This document shows, piece by piece, positions 41,724 through 51,099 of a stretch of DNA of 64,000 nt; positions within the stretch are counted from its first letter, which is position 1; each line of letters opens with the position of its first letter. The translations under genes and the position numbers were made by a program. The notes below the pieces were generated by a model. That model was given only the letters and a program-made list of their open reading frames with translations. It ran no database searches and was not told where the DNA came from. Origin of the DNA: Chitinophaga sp. (GTDB taxonomy: Bacteria; Bacteroidota; Bacteroidia; Chitinophagales; Chitinophagaceae); contig NZ_JBCNKF010000011.1 of assembly GCF_039596155.1 (NCBI RefSeq), positions 29,642 to 93,641 of the forward strand, given 5' to 3'.

Positions 41724-42656
41724 ATGCAACATACGATTGTCAGGATCGAACATTTGTCACACCGGTATACAACCGCCTGGGCTATCCGGGATATTAACAT
41801 GGAAATACCCAGCGTTGGTATCGTTGGCCTGCTTGGGTCTAATGGTGCGGGTAAAAGCACGACAATGAATATTCTTTGCGGAGCACTGAATCAAACGGAA
41901 GGCGAAGTCATTATTGACGGCATCAATATGCGGGAGCAGCCCCGGGAGGCTAAAAAAGCAATAGGGTTCCTGCCACAGCACCCCCCATTGTACATGGATC
42001 TTACCGTGGATGAATACCTGCATTATTGCGCAGGTCTCCGCCTGTTACCGAAAGAAAAAATGAAACAGGCGATAGACGAAGCGAAGGAACGCTGTGGCAT
42101 ATCACATTACAGTAAGCGGCTGATCGGTAATCTGTCTGGCGGGTACCGCCAGCGCGTAGGTATTGCCCAGGCAATTGTGCATAAACCCCGGCTCGTAGTA
42201 CTTGACGAACCCACCAACGGGCTTGATCCTAACCAGATCACAGAGGTAAGGGCCCTGATCAAAGATATTGCTGCAGAGAGGGCTGTGATCTTTTCTTCTC
42301 ACATATTATCGGAGGTCCAGGTATTGTGCAGGGATATTGTGATGATAGAAAGTGGAAGGATTGTATTTGCAGATACAATAGATGCATTTAACAATTATGT
42401 AGAGCCTCATAGTTTGCTGCTGCACCTGGAAAATCCACCTGCTGCTGCAGAACTGGAAAGGATCCCCGGCATCACGAAAGTTGACTTCCTGACGGAAAGA
42501 CAGGTACGCCTTTATTTCAGCGGTGACCAGGAGATTGCGGAACAGGTAGTAGCTACCAGTGTACAGCAAGGCTGGCGCCTGAGAGAGATCAGTCTGGACA
42601 AAACAGCACTGGACGAAATATTTAAACAGTTGTCTTCAAATAAAGCGAATAATTAA
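41724..42656 (+). CDS. ABC transporter ATP-binding protein (GldA-like, ABC-2 type)
   Basis: Walker A GSNGAGKST, signature LSGGYRQR, Walker B VVLDEPT, SSH switch. Confidence 0.95.
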   Translation: MQHTIVRIEHLSHRYTTAWAIRDINMEIPSVGIVGLLGSNGAGKSTTMNILCGALNQTEGEVIIDGINMREQPREAKKAIGFLPQHPPLYMDLTVDEYLHYCAGLRLLPKEKMKQAIDEAKERCGISHYSKRLIGNLSGGYRQRVGIAQAIVHKPRLVVLDEPTNGLDPNQITEVRALIKDIAAERAVIFSSHILSEVQVLCRDIVMIESGRIVFADTIDAFNNYVEPHSLLLHLENPPAAAELERIPGITKVDFLTERQVRLYFSGDQEIAEQVVATSVQQGWRLREISLDKTALDEIFKQLSSNKANN

Positions 42657-42661
42657 TCAGA

Positions 42662-45112
42662 ATGAAAACAATCATACGGGTAGCGAAAACAGAATTAAAG
42701 CTGTTATTTTTCTCACCTATCGCCTGGTTCCTTTTAATTGTATTTCTCATTCAATGTGGTGTCACGTATTTCAATGCCATGTCCGGTTTCGTCCGTTTGC
42801 AGGATATGGGCGATTTTGGAACGCGCTTCCTGGATACATTGACCTCCCGCGTGTTTTTAGGTAGAAGTGGATTGTTCGGCTCAGTTATGCAGAACCTGTT
42901 CCTGTACATTCCATTGCTGACAATGAGCCTGATCAGCAGGGAGGTCGGCAGCGGTACCATTAAATTATTGTATTCTTCACCTGTCAGCATTTACGAGATC
43001 GTATTAGGCAAGTACCTGGCGATGGTTGTATATAGTCTGCTGCTGGTGGCGGTGATAGGCATATTTGTAGTCTGTGGGGTATTCAATATTGTCCATGCAG
43101 AAACACCGATGTTGCTGTCTTCATTACTGGGCTTCTTCCTGCTGTTATGTGCATATGCAGCCATCGGTATTTTTATGAGCAGCCTTACCACTTACCAGGT
43201 AGTCGCTGCGATCTGTACCTTTGTAATGATTGGCATATTAAGTTATATTGGTTTACTGTGGCAACGTGTTGCTTTTGTGAGGGAACTGACCTACTTCCTC
43301 TCTATCAACGGACGTACTATGAAAATGCTGTCAGGGTTGATCACAACAAAAGACCTGGCGTATTTTCTGGTAATAGTGTATATATTTCTTGGTCTCACCA
43401 TTTACAAACTGAAAGCCGGTACAGAATCTAAAACCCCGATGGTGAAGACTATCAGGTATGCAGCCGTGATTGCTTCCGGATTGATGATCGGGTACATTGC
43501 TTCTATTCCTGCGCTGACTGGTTATTTTGATGTAACCTTCAATAAGAATCGTACCATTACTCCCCGTGTGCAAAAGATACTGGCGGACCTGGGAGATGCT
43601 CCGCTGGAAGTAACGGCCTATGCCAACCTGCTGGATCAAAACGGATTCATGGGCAACCCTGAGTATTATAATGATAATGAAGCGCACTGGGAGTTATATC
43701 GCCGTTTTAAGACGAACATCCATCTGAAGACTGTCGCTTATTACGACTCTGCCTATGGCAATTCAGTCATATTTAACGGTAGGGAAGGGCAGACGTTGAA
43801 GGAGCTGGCAGAACAATCGGCAAAGATGAATGATATGAAGCTCAGTTATTACATGACGCCGGAACAGATCCATAAAATCATTGATCTGCGGCCGGAAAGT
43901 AACCGGTATGTTATGCAGCTGCAGTGGAAAGGTAAAAAGACATTCCTGCGGGTTTTTAACGATCAGATGGTATGGCCGGGTGAAACGGAGGTAGCAGCTG
44001 CATTAAAAAGATTACAGGATGCAAAGGTGCCGGTGATTGGATTTCTGACAGGCGACCTGGAAAGGGACATAGATAAGATGGGAGATCGTGACTATAAGGG
44101 GCTGGCGAATCTCAATTCCTTCAGGAACTCATTGGTCAACCAGGGCTTTGATGTACAGACCATCTCACTTGAAAAAGACGAAATTCCTGCCAGTTTTGCT
44201 GCGCTGGTACTGGCAGATCCCAGGATTGAACTAACGCCTGCGGCTGTTTCAAAAATTCAGCAGTACATCAGCAATGGTGGGAATATGTTTATTGCCGGGG
44301 AGCCGGGCCGGCAACAGTTACTGAATCCGCTGCTGGCCCAGATAGGTATCCGGCTGGAAGGAACAGTATTGCAGGAGGATCCGGATGATTCACCGGAAAA
44401 GATACTATGTACAGCAACTCCGTTTTCCGTAGATCTGTACAAACCAATGGAAAAGATGATAGCAGACAGTATGTTGCTGCGTATGCAAGGTGCTACTGCT
44501 GTTAACTATGAGCAGGCCAGTGGTTTTACTGTCCATCCGTTGCAATTGTCCGATGCCAGGAAATCCTGGAAAAGGGTAAAGCCGGTAGATCCTGAGATGC
44601 TCATCAATGGAGCCGCAGGACCGGTATCAATGGGAGGTGATGTAGTAGCGGTGGTAGAGGAAGGAAACGGATCGTCCCATGCAAGATCATCTGCAGGAAA
44701 TAAGCCTGGAGAGCCCTCTTCGCGGCCTGGTGCTGACAGGGCGGCGGCAGGTACGGTGCATTTCTCACCTGAAGATGGCGATCAGAAAGGGCCGATAGTG
44801 ACGGTCGTGAGCATGGCCAGAAAAGTAAATGGAAAAGAACAGCGGATCGTCGTGGCAGGAGATGCAGATTTTCTTGATAACAAGGAACTGTTATCTCCGG
44901 GCAGGTCTAACTTCCTGTTTAGTACATCTATCTTCAGTTGGCTCAGTAATAATGAGTTCCCGATCGATACATCGAGACCGGATGCTAAAGACAAAAGGGT
45001 GACTATTAATTCCGACCAGCTCGAGATGTTACGTATCGTATTGATCTGGATATTACCTGCGCTGATATTTGCATTTGCGGCTATTCTACTGATCCGGCGT
45101 AAAAGAAAATAA
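42662..45112 (+). CDS. Fused ABC-2 permease / GldG-like auxiliary domain protein (GldF-GldG-like)
   Basis: N-terminal multi-TM ABC-2 region (PLLTMSLISRE..SGTIKLLYSSP), extracytoplasmic GldG-like region (IGFLTGDLER, RIVVAGDADF, FSWLS), C-terminal TM helix. Confidence 0.88.
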   Translation: MKTIIRVAKTELKLLFFSPIAWFLLIVFLIQCGVTYFNAMSGFVRLQDMGDFGTRFLDTLTSRVFLGRSGLFGSVMQNLFLYIPLLTMSLISREVGSGTIKLLYSSPVSIYEIVLGKYLAMVVYSLLLVAVIGIFVVCGVFNIVHAETPMLLSSLLGFFLLLCAYAAIGIFMSSLTTYQVVAAICTFVMIGILSYIGLLWQRVAFVRELTYFLSINGRTMKMLSGLITTKDLAYFLVIVYIFLGLTIYKLKAGTESKTPMVKTIRYAAVIASGLMIGYIASIPALTGYFDVTFNKNRTITPRVQKILADLGDAPLEVTAYANLLDQNGFMGNPEYYNDNEAHWELYRRFKTNIHLKTVAYYDSAYGNSVIFNGREGQTLKELAEQSAKMNDMKLSYYMTPEQIHKIIDLRPESNRYVMQLQWKGKKTFLRVFNDQMVWPGETEVAAALKRLQDAKVPVIGFLTGDLERDIDKMGDRDYKGLANLNSFRNSLVNQGFDVQTISLEKDEIPASFAALVLADPRIELTPAAVSKIQQYISNGGNMFIAGEPGRQQLLNPLLAQIGIRLEGTVLQEDPDDSPEKILCTATPFSVDLYKPMEKMIADSMLLRMQGATAVNYEQASGFTVHPLQLSDARKSWKRVKPVDPEMLINGAAGPVSMGGDVVAVVEEGNGSSHARSSAGNKPGEPSSRPGADRAAAGTVHFSPEDGDQKGPIVTVVSMARKVNGKEQRIVVAGDADFLDNKELLSPGRSNFLFSTSIFSWLSNNEFPIDTSRPDAKDKRVTINSDQLEMLRIVLIWILPALIFAFAAILLIRRKRK

Positions 45113-45113
45113 G

Positions 45114-46415
45114 ATGGTATTTAATACGGACAAACAAACCCGTGACGATCTGAAGATACTGGGAAGACAGGGGAGCGATGCCATATCGAATTTATTCCAG
45201 CGCTGTGTTACCCGTGGGGGAGCAGCTATGCTGGAAGAGATGTTCCTGTATCCACTGTCAGATGAAAGAGCTATTAACCGGCGAAGCTGTATGATCCGGT
45301 ATTTTTCATCGAAAGGCGAACGTTTTCCATTTAGTGTAGCGTTATTCGATCCGGTAGAAGCTTATCTGGCTAATACAGATAAACGCTCACTGTTAGCAGA
45401 CCGGACCAATTCAGTCAGCGACCGCATCGGAAGGCTGGTGGGCAATGACGTGGAAGCGCAACAACTTTACCAGGGACTGGAATCCCTGGTAAAGTTGCTG
45501 AAGGAAGTGAAAAGGTTTGTCGAACAACCGGGCGATACATACGGTGAAGAGGCGGCTATCCTGGCAATCCTGTCACATCCTGACCTTACTCCCGTTTTTG
45601 CAACGGGGCAGCCGGGTATATCAGCCTGTGATGAGTTGCTGCGTTTTCACCACCGGGAGGCCATGTTGCAGCTGTTACGACATCTTTACCTGCTGGATGT
45701 ATACATTGCTGTCGGGATAGTAGCGAGAGAAAGAAATCTTTGTTTTGCAACTGCTTTACCGGGTGAGGAGGCAACACTTTTACTAGAAGGCGTGTATCAT
45801 CCACAGTTGAAAAACGCGGTTCCCAACCAGCTGGATATGAAGGCAGACAGTAATCTTGTATTCCTGACGGGAGCGAATATGGCGGGTAAGTCTACATTCA
45901 TGAAGTCGGTTTGTATTGCGGTATACATGGCGCATATGGGATTTCCGGTGGCAGCAGCAGCCATGCAATTCAGCGTGCTGGACGGAATTTATACCACCAT
46001 TAACCTGCCGGATAACCTGGGTATGGGCGCCAGCCATTTTTATGCAGAGGTATTGCGGGTAAAAAAGATAGCACGGGCATTGCAACAGCAGCAACGGTTG
46101 CTGGTCGTTTTTGATGAACTGTTCAGGGGAACAAATGTAAAAGATGCCTGCGATGCGACAATAGCCATAGTAGGAGGATTTGCAGCGAAGCAGCGTAGCC
46201 TTTTCATCATCAGTACGCATATTATGGAGGCAGGAGAGGTGCTGCAGAAGAAGTGTCCTTCCATACAATTTTTGTTTATGCCGACGACAATGCGGGATAA
46301 TAAACCTGTATATAGTTATAAGGCATCGCCCGGTATCAGCGAAGATCGTCATGGAATGGTGATCATACGAAACGAGGGCATACTGGATTTACTGCGCAAC
46401 GGTAAAAAGAAATAG
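45114..46415 (+). CDS. Short MutS-like ATPase A (partial domain III plus domain V; no mismatch-binding or Smr domain)
   Basis: 433 aa; TRGGAAMLEEMFLYPLSD (domain III start), TGANMAGKSTFMKS, VVFDELFRGTN, IISTH. Confidence 0.88.
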   Translation: MVFNTDKQTRDDLKILGRQGSDAISNLFQRCVTRGGAAMLEEMFLYPLSDERAINRRSCMIRYFSSKGERFPFSVALFDPVEAYLANTDKRSLLADRTNSVSDRIGRLVGNDVEAQQLYQGLESLVKLLKEVKRFVEQPGDTYGEEAAILAILSHPDLTPVFATGQPGISACDELLRFHHREAMLQLLRHLYLLDVYIAVGIVARERNLCFATALPGEEATLLLEGVYHPQLKNAVPNQLDMKADSNLVFLTGANMAGKSTFMKSVCIAVYMAHMGFPVAAAAMQFSVLDGIYTTINLPDNLGMGASHFYAEVLRVKKIARALQQQQRLLVVFDELFRGTNVKDACDATIAIVGGFAAKQRSLFIISTHIMEAGEVLQKKCPSIQFLFMPTTMRDNKPVYSYKASPGISEDRHGMVIIRNEGILDLLRNGKKK

Positions 46416-46416
46416 G

Positions 46417-47712
46417 ATGAAATTCATAATAGACAATCACACGCTGGAAGACTTAAACCTGTTAGGGAAATTTAAACCTAATTCGATATTCAGCATTTTC
46501 AACAGGGTAAAGACAGCAGGAGGAGAGCGCCTGCTGGAAAAGTACTTTAAGGAGCCATTGACAGATCCGGCTGCCATAAACAGCCGAAGTGGTATGTTTC
46601 AATATTTCGCGGAGAAACAGTTGCGATTCAGTTTCGAAGGTATAGAAGAGATGCTGCAATATATGGCCCTTCCGGGAGCATCTTCGTTGCCACTTGCGAT
46701 AGCGGGAATGGTGAAAAATAAGCTGCTTAAGAGCCTGGTGCATGACGACAGGTATGATAAGGCAGACCAGGGGCTTCGTGCCACTATATCGTGTCTGAAT
46801 GCCGTTAAGTCTTTTTTGCCTTTGCTTTCAGGTTATCCGCAGCCTGAGCAGCTGCAGGAGGTGCAGCAATTATTGCAGCAGGATCGTTTAAAATGGCTGC
46901 AGGATGTGTTGCCATCAAAACTGCCTGCGCGCTGTCACTATCTGATGCACCATGTATTCAGGCATGAGATAGAAAATCTCATATCGTTATTGTACTACTG
47001 GGACGTGATGATGGCAGTAGCGGGCGTAGCACGTGACAGGGGATTCTTTTTTGCCCGGGCATTACCGGCGGAGGCACATGCATTTAAAAGTTCCGGTATC
47101 AGTCATCCGGCGCTGAGCAATGCGACGGCTAATCCTATTGCTGTTGATTCCCGGCAGCATTTGCTCTTCCTCACCGGAGCAAACATGGCAGGTAAATCTA
47201 CATTGATGAAGTCCTTTGGTATAGCGGTTTACCTGGCACACCTGGGTTTTCCTGTAGCGGCCAGGGAGCTGGAATTTTCGGTGATGGAGGGATTATATAC
47301 TTCCATCAATTTACCTGATAATCTGGCACAGGGATACAGTCATTTTTATGCGGAGGTACTCAGGGTGAAGAAGGTGGCAGAAGACGTGAGCAAAGGACAT
47401 CACCTGGTGGTGATCTTTGATGAGCTTTTTAAAGGAACAAATGTAAAGGATGCATATGATGCCACGCTGGAAGTAACAAAGGCATTTGGTGAATATGAGA
47501 ATAGTTTCTTTATGATCTCCACCCATATATTAGAAGTGGCAGATGCATTGGTGGAGAGTAATACGCCGGCAACCTTTTTGTACCTGCCTACCATCATGAA
47601 CGGTGCGGTGCCTGAATATACTTACAGGCTTACCCCGGGAGTGACGAATGATAGGCAGGGAATGGCAATAATAGAGAATGAAGGAATATTGGAAATGCTG
47701 GAGTTGAAGTGA
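46417..47712 (+). CDS. Short MutS-like ATPase B (paralogue of A)
   Basis: 431 aa; KTAGGERLLEKYFKEPLTD, TGANMAGKSTLMKS, VIFDELFKGTN, MISTH. Confidence 0.88.
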   Translation: MKFIIDNHTLEDLNLLGKFKPNSIFSIFNRVKTAGGERLLEKYFKEPLTDPAAINSRSGMFQYFAEKQLRFSFEGIEEMLQYMALPGASSLPLAIAGMVKNKLLKSLVHDDRYDKADQGLRATISCLNAVKSFLPLLSGYPQPEQLQEVQQLLQQDRLKWLQDVLPSKLPARCHYLMHHVFRHEIENLISLLYYWDVMMAVAGVARDRGFFFARALPAEAHAFKSSGISHPALSNATANPIAVDSRQHLLFLTGANMAGKSTLMKSFGIAVYLAHLGFPVAARELEFSVMEGLYTSINLPDNLAQGYSHFYAEVLRVKKVAEDVSKGHHLVVIFDELFKGTNVKDAYDATLEVTKAFGEYENSFFMISTHILEVADALVESNTPATFLYLPTIMNGAVPEYTYRLTPGVTNDRQGMAIIENEGILEMLELK

Positions 47713-47736
47713 AATCATTGACCAACCATTTTGTAA

Positions 47737-47770
47737 GCCCGGTAGTGTCTATTACCGGGTGTTTGTTTTG
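47737..47770 (+). terminator. Intrinsic terminator closing the susC-to-mutS-like operon
   Basis: cccggta-gtgtctat-taccggg followed by tgtttgtttt, 25 nt after the MutS-B stop. Confidence 0.6.
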
Positions 47771-47788
47771 TAGGTTTATGTAGGAGTG

Positions 47789-48409
47789 TTATCTCGGTAT
47801 CAATGAATACCGGGCTTCATTAAAATAAAGATTGCCGGTGAGGTAGGAGGGATCCGCTTTGATTGTTTTTCTTTTTAGTTTGACCTTTTCTTCAATACAG
47901 TTTACCGTGCAATTGAAGAAGGAGACCCATTTTTTGTTTTCATAGCCAACAACATCTACATTATAGACACCACGTTGTTTTGTTGAATTGAAGTGATAAA
48001 AGATGGAATCACCTTTGTCTTCCAATTCGAATCTTTTAGCGGCGACATGAGCATTGATAGCTATCAGTCTGATCGCGCTTTCCGGAGAGGCGGTTACTGT
48101 TCTCAGTTCACGGTTAAATTTCTCTTTCCAGTTTTTTCCGTATTTGGCGACCAGTGGCCTTTCAGCAATCTTATTACATGCCTGCAGGCTATCCATTTCC
48201 TGTTGTGTGACGACACAACCCATTTCTTCCCTGTAAAATCCCCATTTTGTGCACAGGTTTGATTCTTCCGGGTAAGTGGGAAAGTGGGGCATCCCAAAGG
48301 TATAGAGCCTGATCAGGGTATCGGGTTGTTGGTGTCGGGTGATGGCTGTATGGTAGGTGCGGCACTGGCAGAGGGTGAATAGAATGAAAACCGGGATGAT
48401 ATATTTCAT
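47789..48409 (-). CDS. Hypothetical lipoprotein with FEKKY-like domain
   Basis: Signal with Cys (FTLCQC); WGFYREEMGCVV...CN...LVAKYGKNWKEKF motif resembles the FEKKY domain. Confidence 0.6.
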   Translation of the reverse strand: MKYIIPVFILFTLCQCRTYHTAITRHQQPDTLIRLYTFGMPHFPTYPEESNLCTKWGFYREEMGCVVTQQEMDSLQACNKIAERPLVAKYGKNWKEKFNRELRTVTASPESAIRLIAINAHVAAKRFELEDKGDSIFYHFNSTKQRGVYNVDVVGYENKKWVSFFNCTVNCIEEKVKLKRKTIKADPSYLTGNLYFNEARYSLIPR

Positions 48410-48697
48410 GTTTTTTATAGTTTAGGATTGAGTCAGATGCTATGGTAATTATTTAAGGCCCTCGTCCTGCTCCAAAAGTAAATCCAAATAACAGTATTGC
48501 AAATTGTTGATTGTTTTGAGTGAAGATGAGGTTGTTTTGGGTAATGGCGGAATAGGCGGCAGTCTTGACGAGATCCTCATCCAGAATTGTTGAAAAAAGG
48601 AGAGAATGTGGTGGTTGTTCTATATTAATTTATTTTATTATTATAAATATTTAACAACCATAAGTCGCTTTGTTACGTATATAGCACAAAAATTACG

Positions 48698-49537
48698 ATG
48701 AAAGCGTACAAACTATTTCCACTGTTACTCTTATTGACAGTGGTATTCAGCTCATTTATGCCGCCTGGAGAGATTACCTGGACCGCTATTGGCGATTCAT
48801 TTACATATTTGAACGATCACCTTAATGAAAGCGAGTACCGGGTAAAAAAAGGCTGGATCACCAGAACAACTGAACTGGTACCGGGTCTGACTTATACGAA
48901 CCAGGGCCACAATTATTGGACAGCGAAAGAAATTGCTGAAAAGATAGAAAAATTCGACCTGGAGTCATCGGATATTTATACCATATTCCTGGGTGCCAAT
49001 GATTGGTGGGTAGGTGTGAAACTGGGAACGATGGACGATTATGTCAATAATACAGGTGCTGGTACAATGTATGGGGCTTACCGGGTGATTATTAATAAAT
49101 TAAAAAGCCTGAACCCTAAGGCGCATATCATATTGATCACACCTATGCAGCGGGGTGATTTCGTTTATCTGCTTAATACGAGGATCAATGGTTATGGGTC
49201 TTACAGGGATAAGAATGGTCAAAGCCTTGAATCTTTTGCAGATGCGGTGAAGGCGATAGCAAAAGCAGAGCAGTTTGAGGTAGTGGATCTGTATAAGGAG
49301 CGCAGGTTAGGTATCAGGCAGGCGGTAAAATTTAAATACCTGCGGGATCCCCAGACATACGAGTATAAAGAATATACTTATCCCGATTATGTAGATATTC
49401 CATATAATGAGGCAGACGAGTATCCTTATCCTACAAGGGCGATCGATATGACGTATGATGGTATTCATCCTTCAGATAAAGGTTGTGCGGTGATAGCGGA
49501 GATGTTGGCCAAAGTGATAAAGACGATTCAGTTTTAA
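48698..49537 (+). CDS. SGNH/GDSL hydrolase family protein, copy 1
   Basis: Signal peptide; IGDSFT, GANDW, DGIHP catalytic blocks. Confidence 0.92.
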   Translation: MKAYKLFPLLLLLTVVFSSFMPPGEITWTAIGDSFTYLNDHLNESEYRVKKGWITRTTELVPGLTYTNQGHNYWTAKEIAEKIEKFDLESSDIYTIFLGANDWWVGVKLGTMDDYVNNTGAGTMYGAYRVIINKLKSLNPKAHIILITPMQRGDFVYLLNTRINGYGSYRDKNGQSLESFADAVKAIAKAEQFEVVDLYKERRLGIRQAVKFKYLRDPQTYEYKEYTYPDYVDIPYNEADEYPYPTRAIDMTYDGIHPSDKGCAVIAEMLAKVIKTIQF

Positions 49538-49574
49538 CGGAGGTTTTGCTTATAAACGGTAATCATAAAGAAAG

Positions 49575-49602
49575 GGCATCGACAAACTGTCGATGCTTTT
49601 TT
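49575..49602 (+). terminator. Intrinsic terminator after SGNH copy 1
   Basis: gcatcgaca-aac-tgtcgatgc followed by a T run. Confidence 0.8.
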
Positions 49603-49889
49603 ATGTTTATGATAGTTGGTTTGAGAGGGTATTGCAGTTAATGAAGGCTTCCGGAGTAAGCGGCTTGCATATCGTCTTATAACATCCGGGAAATGGAAGA
49701 GTATAGATTTCAGGTGTTCGAGTTGTAGACCAGTTGTTGTGTGACTTCACCCGGTGGTGGTGGAGTGATTCCTGCATTTTGAGCGTGTTTATCTTTTGGG
49801 GCAATAAGTGATAAAAGAAATAGTATAATTTACATAAAACATACAACCAAAGTTTTATATAATACGTATATGCTATTTAAAACTATTTT

Positions 49890-50729
49890 ATGCAGGTTCG
49901 TATATTGTTACCACTGTTGTTACTTTTGACAGTGTCGATGAGCTCCTTTATACCACAGAAAACCATCACCTGGACCGCCATTGGCGATTCGTTTACGTAC
50001 TTAAATGACCACCTTGAAGAGAGTCAAAATCGTGTAGGAAAGGGGTGGATAACAAGAACTGCGGATCAGGTACCGGGTCTGACGTATATTAATAAGGGTC
50101 AGAATTACCTGACGAGTGTTGAGATTGCATATAAAATAGATGACCTGGGACTGACGTCTTCGGATATTTACACCATATTCCTGGGTACTAATGACTGGTG
50201 GCTTGGCGTAAAACCGGGTACATTGGATGACTATAAGAACAACACCGGGATTGCTACTTTAAATGGTGCATTCAGGGTGATCATCGATAAATTACGCAGT
50301 CTTAACCCGAAAGCACATATCATATTGCTGACGCCCATGCAGCGTGGCGATTTTGTTTACCTGCTCAATCATAATTTCAATAGCTGGGGATCCTATAAAG
50401 ACCAGGAGGGGCAGAGCCTGTTGTCTTTTGTGAATGCGGTAAAAGCGATCGGTAAGGCGGACAACCTGGAAGTGGTGGATCTTTATACTGAGCCCAGATT
50501 GAGTATAGAAAATGCGGTTAAATTTAAATTACTCAGGGATCCTCAGACGCGGGAGTATAAGGAATATACTTATCCTGAGTATACTAAGATACCTTTTTAT
50601 GTAGGGGATAAATATCCTTATCCTGAGAATGCGATAGATGTGACGTATGATGGGATACATCCTTCGGATAAAGGAGGGGCTATTATTGCGGAGATATTGG
50701 CCAAGGTGATAACGGGTATTCAGTTTTAG
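49890..50729 (+). CDS. SGNH/GDSL hydrolase family protein, copy 2
   Basis: Same length (279 aa) and collinear with copy 1; IGDSFT, GTNDW, DGIHP. Confidence 0.92.
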   Translation: MQVRILLPLLLLLTVSMSSFIPQKTITWTAIGDSFTYLNDHLEESQNRVGKGWITRTADQVPGLTYINKGQNYLTSVEIAYKIDDLGLTSSDIYTIFLGTNDWWLGVKPGTLDDYKNNTGIATLNGAFRVIIDKLRSLNPKAHIILLTPMQRGDFVYLLNHNFNSWGSYKDQEGQSLLSFVNAVKAIGKADNLEVVDLYTEPRLSIENAVKFKLLRDPQTREYKEYTYPEYTKIPFYVGDKYPYPENAIDVTYDGIHPSDKGGAIIAEILAKVITGIQF

Positions 50730-50761
50730 AAGACCGGCGATTTGCGAGGTAAAAATAATGG

Positions 50762-50793
50762 AGGGCATCGACGGGAGTCGATGCCCTTTTTTT
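50762..50793 (+). terminator. Intrinsic terminator after SGNH copy 2
   Basis: agggcatcgac-ggga-gtcgatgccct followed by a T run. Confidence 0.85.
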
Positions 50794-51099
50794 GTTAAGG
50801 GGGCTGCGACGAATTTCTCCTGTTTTTGCTGTTCTTCCTATAGCCATTTGAATAGGTTATTAAGATATCAACAAATTGAGAGTGATATCATTCTCCCCGA
50901 GCCTTGTGCCGGCAGATGCTCATACCGGTTTGAATATTCAAAGAATATGTGTAGCTATACCATGAATTTCAAATTTAACTAGAAGTACCATTTGTATAAG
51001 TGGGGATTTTTCCTGTATTTATGAAAGTTTCGCATAGATGCCTGCTAATATAGAATCGTTATTTTTGAGTGGTTATTATAAAAAAGACACCTTGCACAA

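Noticed and set aside
41724-45112. Calling these the gliding genes gldA/gldF/gldG
   Set aside because: Fused architecture and SusCD-operon context differ from canonical gld loci; only family-level similarity is supported.
45114-47712. Calling the pair canonical mutS or mutS2
   Set aside because: Too short, with no N-terminal mismatch-binding domain and no Smr domain.
49607-49846. 79-aa minus ORF between the SGNH copies
   Set aside because: Overlaps the promoter region of copy 2, has no counterpart upstream of copy 1, and has no motifs.
50800-51010. Possible decayed gene on the minus strand (fragments such as SWYSYTYSLNIQTG)
   Set aside because: Multiple stops and no recognisable family; cannot be supported without a tBLASTx search.
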